DNA of 35,721 nt from a virus (lineage: Duplodnaviria > Caudoviricetes). The translations under genes were made by a program, and so were the position numbers. Position 1 is the stretch's first letter. Each line of letters starts with the position of its first letter. The DNA lies in IMG/VR virus record IMGVR_UViG_3300037482_000205, positions 1 through 35,721 of that record; one strand, 5' to 3'. The notes under the pieces are model-generated. The model saw nothing but the letters and a program-made list of their open reading frames with translations. It was not told the origin of the DNA and searched no databases. This document shows positions 1 through 8,197 of this stretch, in pieces.

Positions 1-2
1 AG

Positions 3-491
3 CGCGGAGAACAAGTCCACCACATCAATCACGATAGGGTCGACAACAGGCCGGAGAATCTTGTCGTGGTCTCGTCTGACGCCGAGCACCGCATGTTTCA
101 CCGAAAGAAAGGGTGCAGTAAGCGTAAGCCCAGCGAGCCTAACCCTATGATCGCGTGCGGCTGCGGGTGCGGCAATAGATTGTACAAATACGACAGTAGC
201 GGAAGGCCCCGACTTCACCTGTATCGGCATCATGCTGGGCGGCGGTCTCCCGAAGGAAGGGTTTTGCCGACTGGGGTTAGACGCGCCGGGTCCACCCCGC
301 CTAGGTTTTCTTCTGCCATCTGGCGGAACGGGCGCGGCTTCTTCCTCGGCACCTTTTCGACGGTGCAGCAGGCCCACTTTGTGTACATGGAAGCGGCGGT
401 CAGGATCATGGTCGAGAGGTCGACCGGCAAGCCCGCAGAGTTAGCCGACCTTAGGCAGGGACCGCGTGGCGGAAGGGGCCGCTCTTTCTGA
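3..491 (+). CDS. HNH endonuclease with CGCGCG motif and C-terminal AP2-like DNA-binding domain (5'-truncated)
   Basis: Frame is open from the window edge and reads RGEQVHHINHDRVDNRPENL (HNH_3-type motif), then IACGCGCG, then AIWRNGRGFFLGTFSTVQQAHFVY (AP2-like). Confidence 0.85.
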   Translation, partial: RGEQVHHINHDRVDNRPENLVVVSSDAEHRMFHRKKGCSKRKPSEPNPMIACGCGCGNRLYKYDSSGRPRLHLYRHHAGRRSPEGRVLPTGVRRAGSTPPRFSSAIWRNGRGFFLGTFSTVQQAHFVYMEAAVRIMVERSTGKPAELADLRQGPRGGRGRSF

Positions 492-534
492 TCCGGGCTC
501 GACTGCCGGAGTGCTACGGAGAGGAGGCGGCGGC

Positions 535-1422
535 GTGAGATTCCGCAACCCATGGGATTCGGAGGCCGAGATCGCGGACGCCACCCGTGCCGCACTGGAG
601 TCCCTCGGCTGGGAGGTCCACCCCGAGTGCGGGGGCTGGGATCTGCTGGCGGTGGCGGTGGAAGTCAAGGCGCCGTGGCACGGGGACCTCCGACGGGGCG
701 ACGTGCTGGGGGTGGAGTGCAAGCTCGACGCCGGGACGGTCGCTGGACTGGAGAGCCTGCTGCGGCAAACGCTGTGGTCGCCGGTGCGAGATCACCAGCT
801 TGAGTTCGGCTGGCGGGACCCGGCTAGCCCAATTCCCGAGCCGCCGGTCGTAGACTTCATGCGCCCTCGCAGCGGCCCGCACTTCCGGGCTGTGGTCTCG
901 GCCCGCATCGCCGCTCGCGAGACGTGGTACGGCCACGGCGTCATGACGGTCGAGGTCGCCGAGCAGACGCGGAGCGGCGACCGCTACTCAGAGCCGGACG
1001 GGTGGGGACGTCTCACCGCCGAGCAGATCGCAGCATGGTTCCGCGATGCCCGCTGGGGGGCTGGTCAATTCCCGCGCCGTCAGCCTCAGTCCCCGCCGAG
1101 GGTGCCGAAGGTCGTGGTGGACGTCCCCGCCGGCGTCCCCTCCCCGCAGACGTCCAGCCCGTGGAAGGTGGCGGCGGTGGAGGTCATGCTCAAGCTCCGC
1201 GCAGGCGAGACGATGACCTCCGCCGAGATCGGGGCCATGGGGATCAACTCCCGCCGCCTGATCGACACCGGCTGCATCGTCGACTCCGGGCAACGCCGCG
1301 GCCGCGCCTACCTGTGGACCGCCGGCGAAGGCCACGCCCGCTACGGCCGAGAGGGTCTGCCCCCGGATTTGCGGTGGCCGGAGATCGCCGAGGCCCTGCG
1401 GCGGAAAGGTGTCGCCGCATGA
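535..1422 (+). CDS. Phage protein with N-terminal PD-(D/E)xK nuclease-like motif
   Basis: GTG at 535 with GGAGG at 523-527; E..I...L...GWEVHPE..WDLLAV...VLGVECKL pattern; stop overlaps next ATG (ATGA). Confidence 0.55.
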   Translation: MRFRNPWDSEAEIADATRAALESLGWEVHPECGGWDLLAVAVEVKAPWHGDLRRGDVLGVECKLDAGTVAGLESLLRQTLWSPVRDHQLEFGWRDPASPIPEPPVVDFMRPRSGPHFRAVVSARIAARETWYGHGVMTVEVAEQTRSGDRYSEPDGWGRLTAEQIAAWFRDARWGAGQFPRRQPQSPPRVPKVVVDVPAGVPSPQTSSPWKVAAVEVMLKLRAGETMTSAEIGAMGINSRRLIDTGCIVDSGQRRGRAYLWTAGEGHARYGREGLPPDLRWPEIAEALRRKGVAA

Positions 1423-1850
1423 ACCACCCCGAGCAGTCCCTCCACCTCGCCGTAGCCGAGTTGCTGACCCTCTACCCGCCCGGCAGATCCGGAGTCGCCT
1501 GGTTTCACCCTCCCCAGGGCGGCAAACGGGGCGGGAAGCGCAACCGCCGGGGCGTCCCGATCGAGGCGGCGATTCTCAAGGGCATGGGCGCTCGGGCCGG
1601 CGTCTCCGACCTGGTTCTGCTGTGGGGCGGGGGATCAGCCGTGGTCGAGCTGAAGGTCGAGGGCGGACGGCTCTCCCCGGCGCAGCGGGATTGGATGGCG
1701 TGGTGCGAGCGGGCGGGCGTGCCCCGCTTCGTCTGCCGCTCCGTGGCCGAGGTGCGGGGCGTGGTTGCGCACCTGGTCGAGGGTGGGATGCCGGAGCCGA
1801 GAGGGTGGCGCGCCAACAAACCGCGGCCATCCCGTGTCCTCTGTGAATGA
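1419..1850 (+). CDS. VRR-NUC domain nuclease (Holliday-junction resolvase-like)
   Basis: EQSLH...WFHPPQGGKR...LKGMGARAGVSDLVLL...VELKVEGGRLSPAQRDW...VCRSV; ATGA coupling to the upstream gene. Confidence 0.88.
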   Translation: MNHPEQSLHLAVAELLTLYPPGRSGVAWFHPPQGGKRGGKRNRRGVPIEAAILKGMGARAGVSDLVLLWGGGSAVVELKVEGGRLSPAQRDWMAWCERAGVPRFVCRSVAEVRGVVAHLVEGGMPEPRGWRANKPRPSRVLCE

Positions 1851-1978
1851 GGGCGGGATGCCGCCGAAGCGCTCGCGGCGCCCGGTAGCCGACAGGGGCG
1901 GTCTCGACGCCCCCAGCAGGCGACCCCCGGAGTCCGTCCGCGATCCCGTGCGTGCGGCGCCCGCCCTCGATTTAGGAC

Positions 1979-2013
1979 TTGACAAGGCGGTCGGACTTCC
2001 GTACAGTTACGGA
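1979..2013 (+). promoter_or_regulatory. Sigma70-type leaderless promoter with an overlapping palindromic operator
   Basis: TTGACA (1979-1984), 17 nt, TACAGT (2002-2007), 7 nt, ATG 2015; inverted repeat TCCGTA-cagt-TACGGA (1998-2013) covers the -10 box. Confidence 0.8.
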
Positions 2014-2014
2014 C

Positions 2015-2221
2015 ATGAGGACCGAGCGCATAGAGATCCGGGTCACGGTGGAGCAGCGCACCGGGTACGACAAGGCGCGCGGCGACGTCCCGCTGTCGGC
2101 CTGGATCCGGAACGTGCTTGATGCGGCGGCCGGCCAACCCGGCAGCCGGAAGGGCGACCGTCGGAATTCTCCGAGGTCGCACCGGGGGTTGAGAGTCCCC
2201 CAGGGAGGCAGGAAGCCATGA
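2015..2221 (+). CDS. Ribbon-helix-helix (CopG/MobC-like) DNA-binding protein
   Basis: RTERIEIRVTVEQRTGYDKARGDVPLSAWIRNVLD: alternating beta strand followed by two helices with LSxWIR. Confidence 0.7.
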   Translation: MRTERIEIRVTVEQRTGYDKARGDVPLSAWIRNVLDAAAGQPGSRKGDRRNSPRSHRGLRVPQGGRKP

Positions 2222-3036
2222 ACGGATTCGTAGTTCTCTTCGGTAGTGCCGCGGCCGGCGCCGCGGCCCCGCGCGACCTCGACGTCGTGGTCGGCGGGCA
2301 GACCTCGGCGGCCGACGCCGTCTCAGCCGCGCAGGCGTGGTGGCTGGTTGAGCACCACGGCACCCAGGCGCGCGACGATCTCGCGCAGCAGCTCCGCGAT
2401 ACTCCGCCGCCGCCGGTGGAGGTCACTCGTCAGCGGGAAACCTACCGCGACGGGTCGGTCTACCTGCTCCGCCCGCGCGGGGCGGAGACCACCGCAATCG
2501 TGCTCCGCGGGGAGTGCGTGGTCCGGTGGTCGGACGTGGACAGCCTGCCGGCCGCGATCAGGCTCGCCACCGACGGCTATCGCGATCTCGCGTCGGACAT
2601 GATGAGTCGCCTGCTCCGCGAGGGCGGTGACCGCGTGCCGCTCAGTCTCGCCGACTACGACAAGGGATCGCCCATCGGCGCTGGCGGCTACTCCGGGGAC
2701 GGGCCGGTCGCGCTCGAGAGGGCGTTGTCCCGGATCGACCGGGAGGCCCCCCTCGGCGAGGTCATGCCGTCGCCGTTCCCGGCGGCGCTGAACTCGCTCC
2801 TGACCACGATCAGGGCCTGCCCCGGCGTGTGGTCGGGCACCTTGCCGCGGGTCAACATCGCCGACAAAGGACCCGTGTTCGAGGGCCTGCGGCACTACTG
2901 GCAGGACTGCACGCCCCTCGGTTGCCGCGGCTACGTCGGCCCGATCGACATCGTCCTGGAGTACGGCCGGAAGATCCCGATCAGTCTGGTCGAGGACATC
3001 ATCGTTGCCAGCGACCCGACGGGGACCCGGCCGTGA
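2218..3036 (+). CDS. Pol-beta superfamily nucleotidyltransferase-domain protein
   Basis: N-terminal VVLFGSAAAGAAAPRDLDVVV matches hGS-x9-DhD; candidate third acidic residue in PVEV; ATGA-coupled to the RHH gene. Confidence 0.65.
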   Translation: MNGFVVLFGSAAAGAAAPRDLDVVVGGQTSAADAVSAAQAWWLVEHHGTQARDDLAQQLRDTPPPPVEVTRQRETYRDGSVYLLRPRGAETTAIVLRGECVVRWSDVDSLPAAIRLATDGYRDLASDMMSRLLREGGDRVPLSLADYDKGSPIGAGGYSGDGPVALERALSRIDREAPLGEVMPSPFPAALNSLLTTIRACPGVWSGTLPRVNIADKGPVFEGLRHYWQDCTPLGCRGYVGPIDIVLEYGRKIPISLVEDIIVASDPTGTRP

Positions 3037-3134
3037 CCCTCTGGCAGCAGGCCGCCGCCGCCCTCTCCGACCTCTGGCCGGTGGTCGCGCTCGCCGCCTT
3101 CGTGGCGGGAGTGATCGTCGGCAGCTACCTCTGA
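3033..3134 (+). CDS. 33-aa single-TM membrane peptide
   Basis: GTGA overlap with the NTase stop; MTLWQQAAAALSDLWPVVALAAFVAGVIVGSYL. Confidence 0.55.
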   Translation: MTLWQQAAAALSDLWPVVALAAFVAGVIVGSYL

Positions 3135-3142
3135 CCACTATT

Positions 3143-3171
3143 CCGCGCCCGGTGCTCGCGACCGGGCGCGG
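3143..3171. repeat. Perfect 11-bp inverted repeat (hairpin) before the Csx16-like gene
   Basis: CCGCGCCCGGT-gctcgcg-ACCGGGCGCGG, ending 6 nt before the AGGAGA RBS. Confidence 0.75.
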
Positions 3172-3188
3172 TCTTCCAGGAGACCATC

Positions 3189-3476
3189 ATGGAAACCGTA
3201 GTCGTCACCCGTCACCACGGACTGATCGAGTACCTGCGAGCCGAGGGGCTCGCGCCCGCTGATTGCGAGGTGATCGACCACGCCACCCCGGACGCCGTGC
3301 GCGGCAAGCGCGTCATCGGCGTTCTCCCCCTGTGGCTGGCCGCCGAGGCCGCCGAGGTGGTCGAGATCCCGATGAGCATCCCGCCTGAGCTGCGCGGGGT
3401 GGAGCTGACCGCCGAGCAGACGGCGGAACACGCAGGCGAGCCGCGGACGTACCGGGTCGAAGCCGTCTCGCAGTGA
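3189..3476 (+). CDS. csx16: Csx16 (Cas_VVA1548)-family protein, putative cyclic oligoadenylate ring nuclease
   Basis: 95 aa; VTRHHGLIEYL...DH...VIGVLPLWLAA...IPPELRGVELTAEQ...YRV matches the family pattern TRHxG, VIGxLPxxLAA, PxExRGxEL; RBS AGGAGA at 3178-3183. Confidence 0.8.
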   Translation: METVVVTRHHGLIEYLRAEGLAPADCEVIDHATPDAVRGKRVIGVLPLWLAAEAAEVVEIPMSIPPELRGVELTAEQTAEHAGEPRTYRVEAVSQ

Positions 3477-3481
3477 CCCCG

Positions 3482-3512
3482 GCCCAGCCGCCTGTAGCCT
3501 CGGGCGGCGGGC
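3482..3512. terminator. GC hairpin between convergent gene blocks, probable terminator
   Basis: GCCC(A)GCCGCC...GGCGGCGGGC stem between stops at 3476 (+) and 3517 (-); no U-tract. Confidence 0.5.
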
Positions 3513-3516
3513 TCCC

Positions 3517-4698
3517 TCAGAGCTGACCGACCGCCGCCTCGACCGCCAGCAGCGTCCGCTCAGTATCCGCCGCCTTCGCCTCCCCCTTCCGCTGCCGGTC
3601 CCACGTGGCGCGCAGCTCGGCGAGGCGCTCACGCACGAGGCGCAGCGCGGGGTCTCCCGGTGGCGGAAGGGGCGGCGGCTCGACCGGTGGTGCCGGGGGC
3701 TCGGCCGTCTCGCCGACGATCCGCCCGCCGGCGATGTCGATGATGATCTCAGTCCAGTCCGCGCCCACGCCGGCGACGTTGGCCGTCCCGAGCGACTTAC
3801 CCCCGCCGCGCACGGACCAGGAGCCCGGGGCGATGCGCACGGCGGCCGCCGGGGGCTTGGTGACGATGAAGCGGTCCTCGCCGGCGATGCTCGACACCAG
3901 GGGCTGCGTCCGGTTCTTGCCGGCGCCGTAGCTGCTGATCACCGTCATCCAGGCGATGTGCCCCCGCCCGCGCAGCACGTGCAAGCCCTGGATGCACCTG
4001 ATCGGTTCGATGAGGCTCGCCAGCGCGGGCGACAGCGCCCCCTCGAGAATCCAGGCGCTGAGGGCAAGCCGCTCGGCCGAGCTGAACAGCCCCGGCACGT
4101 CGCGGTCGACCACGGCCCGGTAGGCGGCCATCGCCTCCATCCACTGGGGTCCGGTGCCCGGCTGTCGCTGCCATTCCATCCCGGCGGCCACGGCAACCGC
4201 GTAGTCGGTATCGATGTTGATCGCGCCGCCGGCGGTCCACCCGTCGGAGTCTCGCGGTAGGAGCGCCCGCCCGCACGGCATGACGCACCGGGGGCGGGAG
4301 TCCGAGCAGCAGAGGGCGGCGATGGTGAGGTCCCAGCGCAGGAACTCCCGGGCGGCGCTCCGCAAGTCCGTGTGCACCCGTTGCCACATGCGAGCCCATC
4401 CGCAGGCCGCCAGTGCCGCCACCCGCTGAAGGTGGCCGTAGCCGACCGACAGCCCCTCGAACTCGCCGCGGTGACCCTCCCGCGAGCGCGCGTAGAAGTC
4501 GACCAGGGCCTCGACGGTCGCGGTCAGCCGGTTCCCGGCCACCAGGTTGCAGGCGAGCCGGAGGTGTTGGAGGTTCGTCTCGCCCTCGCCCGTCAGCCCG
4601 CCGTCGTGCTTGGCGGCCTGAGCCATGGCGGCAGCGTCGAGCGGGGTGCCGCGGTTGAGCCAGCGGACGAGGGCGTCGTCAAGTAGGACCTTGGCCAT
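3517..4698 (-). CDS. Hypothetical protein (393 aa, Pro-rich linker, C-terminal coiled coil)
   Basis: ATG at 4698 (MAKVLLDD) overlaps the upstream TGA; long ORF in a coupled chain; no family recognised. Confidence 0.7.
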   Translation of the reverse strand: MAKVLLDDALVRWLNRGTPLDAAAMAQAAKHDGGLTGEGETNLQHLRLACNLVAGNRLTATVEALVDFYARSREGHRGEFEGLSVGYGHLQRVAALAACGWARMWQRVHTDLRSAAREFLRWDLTIAALCCSDSRPRCVMPCGRALLPRDSDGWTAGGAINIDTDYAVAVAAGMEWQRQPGTGPQWMEAMAAYRAVVDRDVPGLFSSAERLALSAWILEGALSPALASLIEPIRCIQGLHVLRGRGHIAWMTVISSYGAGKNRTQPLVSSIAGEDRFIVTKPPAAAVRIAPGSWSVRGGGKSLGTANVAGVGADWTEIIIDIAGGRIVGETAEPPAPPVEPPPLPPPGDPALRLVRERLAELRATWDRQRKGEAKAADTERTLLAVEAAVGQL

Positions 4699-5228
4699 CA
4701 GGTGGTCCCTCCGAGCTTGGCGAGGGCGGCGCGCAGCTCGCGGGCGACCCTTACCAGCTCTCGATCCCCGCCGACGGTGTTGGCGCTCTCCCACGAGAAC
4801 TCGGCCGCCCTCCGTTCCAGCCGCCCCGGCAGGGCCAGCAGCTCGGCCAGCGCCTCTGCTGCGCGGGAGGGCGGGGCGGCCAGGTCGGGGCGACGCCAAA
4901 GGCGCACGATGGCGCGCGCTGTGTCGTACATGTGCTCCCGGTCGTCACCGCGGGGCAGCGCGATGGCCGCCTCCAAATGCTTGCTGACCTCCCCCAGAGC
5001 CCCCCGCAGCCGCAGCTCGCTCGCCGCTGCGGCCAGCTCGACGCCGGCGAGGACGGCGGGCCACGCGGCCTCCATGGCGCTGAGGACGTTGCGCTTCGTT
5101 ACCTTGACCGCAGCCCGCGCTACGTCCATCGTGCTGTAGTGCCTGAAGTCCTCCGGCATGTCGCCGGGCAGCTCGGGCTCGGTCTCCACAGCCGCGACCA
5201 GCGCCGCCGGCAGGGCGGGAGCGGTCAC
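4698..5228 (-). CDS. Hypothetical phage protein
   Basis: GTGA-coupled start; EPELPGDMP motif; GGAGG upstream. Confidence 0.65.
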   Translation of the reverse strand: MTAPALPAALVAAVETEPELPGDMPEDFRHYSTMDVARAAVKVTKRNVLSAMEAAWPAVLAGVELAAAASELRLRGALGEVSKHLEAAIALPRGDDREHMYDTARAIVRLWRRPDLAAPPSRAAEALAELLALPGRLERRAAEFSWESANTVGGDRELVRVARELRAALAKLGGTT

Positions 5229-5449
5229 TCGCACACCTCCTCTCCCAATCCGTGCGCCTTGGCCGCCGCGAGCATCTGCAGGACGTCTCCGGAGGCGATG
5301 GCGTCCTCGGTCTGGCGGATCAGGGCCGAGGTGACGGCGCGGGAGATGGCGCACCCCGGACCCGGCAGGATCTTCTCGGCCTCATCCAGCTCCACCAGGA
5401 ACTGCCGGCTCTTGCGGTTCTCCTCTTGCAGGGCTTCCACGAGGTTCAT
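5225..5449 (-). CDS. Hypothetical phage protein (74 aa)
   Basis: MNLVEALQEE...AIASGDVLQMLAA; ATGA overlap with the upstream gene. Confidence 0.7.
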   Translation of the reverse strand: MNLVEALQEENRKSRQFLVELDEAEKILPGPGCAISRAVTSALIRQTEDAIASGDVLQMLAAAKAHGLGEEVCE

Positions 5450-6801
5450 GGGCACACCCCGGGCACCGCCCGCACCGCCTCGAGTAGGGCTTCTGCTACG
5501 GGATCCACCGGTGGGCAAGGGGGGCACGTCGGATCGGGAGCCGGCGTGCAGTCCGCCGGGCACACCTCGCTGGGTTCGCAGGTGCCGTCGCCGCAGAGCG
5601 GAGGCGGGGGCTCGGGTGGAGCCCAGCAGGCCAGCCGCAGATCCTCGAATCGCTGGCAGTCGGCGGGTAGGCCAGCGAAGCAGGCGGGCCGCGCGGTGTT
5701 GACGTAGAGCGCCCGCGGGGAGAACCAGTAGGAGCACACCGCTCGCGGGTCGGCGGTCGGGTAGTACTGGACGATCCCGCCGCCCGGCACATCAGCTCCC
5801 CGCCAGCGCTCGGGCGGCAGGTCGAGCAGCGGCGGACACGTCCACCCTGTCGGGCACGGCCCTGACGTCGGGCACGTCCTGACCTCGTGGGGTGGGCAAC
5901 TCGCCCACCCGCACGACAGCATGTGGCAGCCGAGGGTCGCCCCAGCCGTCACGTGGGCGTCGCAGGCGGCGCGTCCGGTAGCCCCCGGGGCCTCGCACGC
6001 CGGTACGCCAGTCCCGCCCACCAGCGCGCGCCAAGCGGCGCCCACGGCACGGCACTCGCCACCGTGTTGGCCGCACCAGTTGCCGAGCCCCCAGCCGGAG
6101 GGCTTCGGGTAGGCGTAGCGATGGCGCCAGCAGGCGAGGTCGGAGCGCACAGGTGTTCTGCCCTCGCAGTCCACGGCGCACGTCTCGGGCGTCTCGGGGA
6201 TCTCGCAGCGGCCATCGCCACAGCGCTCGGTCGCCGTGCGGAACACTCCGTCGGCCCACGGGTCGCACGGCGCTGCCGGCACGCTCCGGGTATCGCGCAC
6301 CCGCCCGGGATTGCAGCGCAAGTCGCCAGAGCAGTAGTAGACCAGGTCGCCGGGGGCGAGGGGACGGGGGAGGTCCTGCGCCGCGGCGGGGGCGGCGAGC
6401 AGCAGGACCGCCAGCACCAGCCCCGGCGTCCCGCCCGGCGGCGGCTTGGGCCACTGCCGTTTCGGGCGCCTCGTCATCCTCCGCATCTCGCTGAGGGTCT
6501 GAGCGTCGCGATCCTGCCGCTTGCCCCGGACCGCCTGCCCGGCCCGCTTGATCGCCGTGTAGCCAACTCCGCCCGCGGTAGAGCCGCCCGCCGCGACGAT
6601 CAAGAGGCTCCCCAGCATCGCCCGGTCTCCATCGCCCCACACCGCCCAGACGATCACGGCGCAGAGCTGGCCGAGCACGGCGTTGATGGCGGTCGACCAG
6701 CGATCTACCCAGCGCCACTCCTTGCCGGCCTGAGTGAGCAGCGGACCACCGACGGCGGCGAGTAGGGCGGAGAGCAGTAGGTAGGGGGTTGCGGTTTCCA
6801 T
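5446..6801 (-). CDS. Holin-like multi-TM N-terminus fused to an internal signal peptide and a Cys-rich exported domain
   Basis: ATG 6801 with GGAG RBS; three hydrophobic segments in the first ~85 aa; basic stretch then GLVLAVLLLAAPAAA-Q; C-terminal part very Cys-rich with CGDGRCEIPETPETCAVDC and CGDGTCEPSEVCPADC. Confidence 0.7.
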   Translation of the reverse strand: METATPYLLLSALLAAVGGPLLTQAGKEWRWVDRWSTAINAVLGQLCAVIVWAVWGDGDRAMLGSLLIVAAGGSTAGGVGYTAIKRAGQAVRGKRQDRDAQTLSEMRRMTRRPKRQWPKPPPGGTPGLVLAVLLLAAPAAAQDLPRPLAPGDLVYYCSGDLRCNPGRVRDTRSVPAAPCDPWADGVFRTATERCGDGRCEIPETPETCAVDCEGRTPVRSDLACWRHRYAYPKPSGWGLGNWCGQHGGECRAVGAAWRALVGGTGVPACEAPGATGRAACDAHVTAGATLGCHMLSCGWASCPPHEVRTCPTSGPCPTGWTCPPLLDLPPERWRGADVPGGGIVQYYPTADPRAVCSYWFSPRALYVNTARPACFAGLPADCQRFEDLRLACWAPPEPPPPLCGDGTCEPSEVCPADCTPAPDPTCPPCPPVDPVAEALLEAVRAVPGVCP

Positions 6802-6809
6802 GGGGACTC

Positions 6810-7157
6810 CTATCCGTGCTTGGGTGGGCGGAAGGGGTCGAGGGCGCGATGCATCCGCTCGATCGTGTCGGTGTAGCTTCTGCCGCGAGCGACGTACTCG
6901 TGTAGAGCGGCAGTGATCTCGGCCTCTGCGGCCTTGATCTCTGCGGCGCGGTCGGTCCTCTTCGGGAAGACCCCCGCCATCGCCGCTTTCGCTTCCGGGC
7001 ATTCCCCCGACTCCGCCGGCGATCCGTGGCCGGCTTCGCACGAGCAGAGGCCGATCGGCGGGGCGTCATCCTCGTCACTGCGGACGGTCATCCGCCAGCG
7101 ACCGAGGGGCTCGCCGTGCTTGTCGCGCATCTCCAGGGGTTGGTAGGTCTCGGCCAT
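6810..7157 (-). CDS. Hypothetical phage protein (CxC-H-C putative metal site)
   Basis: ATG 7157 after AGGAG; LCSCEAGH...EC. Confidence 0.65.
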   Translation of the reverse strand: MAETYQPLEMRDKHGEPLGRWRMTVRSDEDDAPPIGLCSCEAGHGSPAESGECPEAKAAMAGVFPKRTDRAAEIKAAEAEITAALHEYVARGRSYTDTIERMHRALDPFRPPKHG

Positions 7158-7162
7158 TGGGG

Positions 7163-7585
7163 TCACTCCTTGAGGTCGATCACGATGCCCCGGCAGTAGG
7201 GCTCGCCGTCCTCGACGATTTCGAACGTGGCATGCGGCCGGTCGGTTTGGTAGGTCCAGCACGGCGGGACGTACTCGCTCCACACTGCCTCCACCCTGAT
7301 CGCCTTCGGCTTGCGGGCGAAGTAGTCGGCCATCTCCTCGTCATCCCAGTCGTCGTCGCGCTCGCCCGGGATCAGACCCTTGGCGTCGAGGTAGATCGTT
7401 CCGCCGTCGAAGCAGCCTGCTTCGTCGTAGATCGCGCCTTCCAGCTCTACCAGGTCGTCAGAGGCGCCGTAGATCACGACCAGGCCGGACTCAGCGGCCT
7501 GCGCCGCCTCCTCTTTTGAGATCTCCTGTAGGTACTCGCGCCCATTCAGGAGCGCGGCCAGCTCTTCCTTTGTCATTGCGGTCAC
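7163..7585 (-). CDS. Conserved acidic phage hypothetical protein
   Basis: LAALLNGREY...GLVVIYGASDDLVELEGAIYDE...WTYQTDRPHATFEIVEDGEPYCRGIV, a pattern I recognise from many phages; function unknown. Confidence 0.8.
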   Translation of the reverse strand: MTAMTKEELAALLNGREYLQEISKEEAAQAAESGLVVIYGASDDLVELEGAIYDEAGCFDGGTIYLDAKGLIPGERDDDWDDEEMADYFARKPKAIRVEAVWSEYVPPCWTYQTDRPHATFEIVEDGEPYCRGIVIDLKE

Positions 7586-7878
7586 TCCTCTGTGGGAATC
7601 TCGTTCAATGAACCAGAGCCGCGGGCCTGTCGCTCAAACGGAAAGTCTCCGCCCACGTAGACAGGCGCGTGAGTCGTGGGCGTCGCCACCCACAGCCAGA
7701 CGCGACCGGTGAACAGGATGCGCAGCCGCTCGCGGAAGTGAACAGCCTTCCAGCACGAGATGACCTTGCCCCCGGACCGATGCACCGGCAGGTCGCCTAC
7801 GTCGAAGGCCGTGACGTAGCGAGCCGCCGGGCCGCCGGGCAGGGTCGAGTTGGCTTCTGGAAAGTGGATCGGTTTCAC
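7582..7878 (-). CDS. Conserved phage hypothetical protein
   Basis: MKPIHFPEAN...DLPVH...VISCWK...ERLRILFTGRVWLWV; GTG 7878 with GGAG RBS. Confidence 0.75.
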   Translation of the reverse strand: MKPIHFPEANSTLPGGPAARYVTAFDVGDLPVHRSGGKVISCWKAVHFRERLRILFTGRVWLWVATPTTHAPVYVGGDFPFERQARGSGSLNEIPTEE

Positions 7879-7882
7879 GGGC

Positions 7883-8197
7883 TCACTCCTCTCCGAGGCA
7901 GGGATAGGCGGCGAGCAGGGCGTTGTACGGGTCCCGGAGTCGCTCATCCGGGTAGTCGGCATCCCGCGTGACCTCCCTGATGGCCGCCACCAGCTCGCGC
8001 AGCGGGGCGAGGTCTGGCGGCGGGGCGGCGAGCACCGAATACCCGCATGAATCCAGGTGTGCGAGCCCGTGTCCAATGTCGGCGCCGCAGGCCATGCAAC
8101 GACCATCGACGCCCGTAGCGGCCCGGGCGTCGTCTTCCAGCGCCGCCAGGGCCCACAGCTCGGCGGCCACTTCCTTCCGCGTCTTCTCGATCTTCAC
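7883..8197 (-). CDS. Hypothetical protein with CxxC...H...C putative Zn site
   Basis: GTGA-coupled start MKIEKTRKE; RCMACG...HLDSC. Confidence 0.6.
   Translation of the reverse strand: MKIEKTRKEVAAELWALAALEDDARAATGVDGRCMACGADIGHGLAHLDSCGYSVLAAPPPDLAPLRELVAAIREVTRDADYPDERLRDPYNALLAAYPCLGEE

Noticed and set aside
3135-3145. 11-mer CCACTATTCCG shared with 14492-14502 (minus strand)
   Set aside because: Only two copies, and the 3135 copy lacks the upstream 14-bp box and TGC; cannot be separated from chance without a statistical test.
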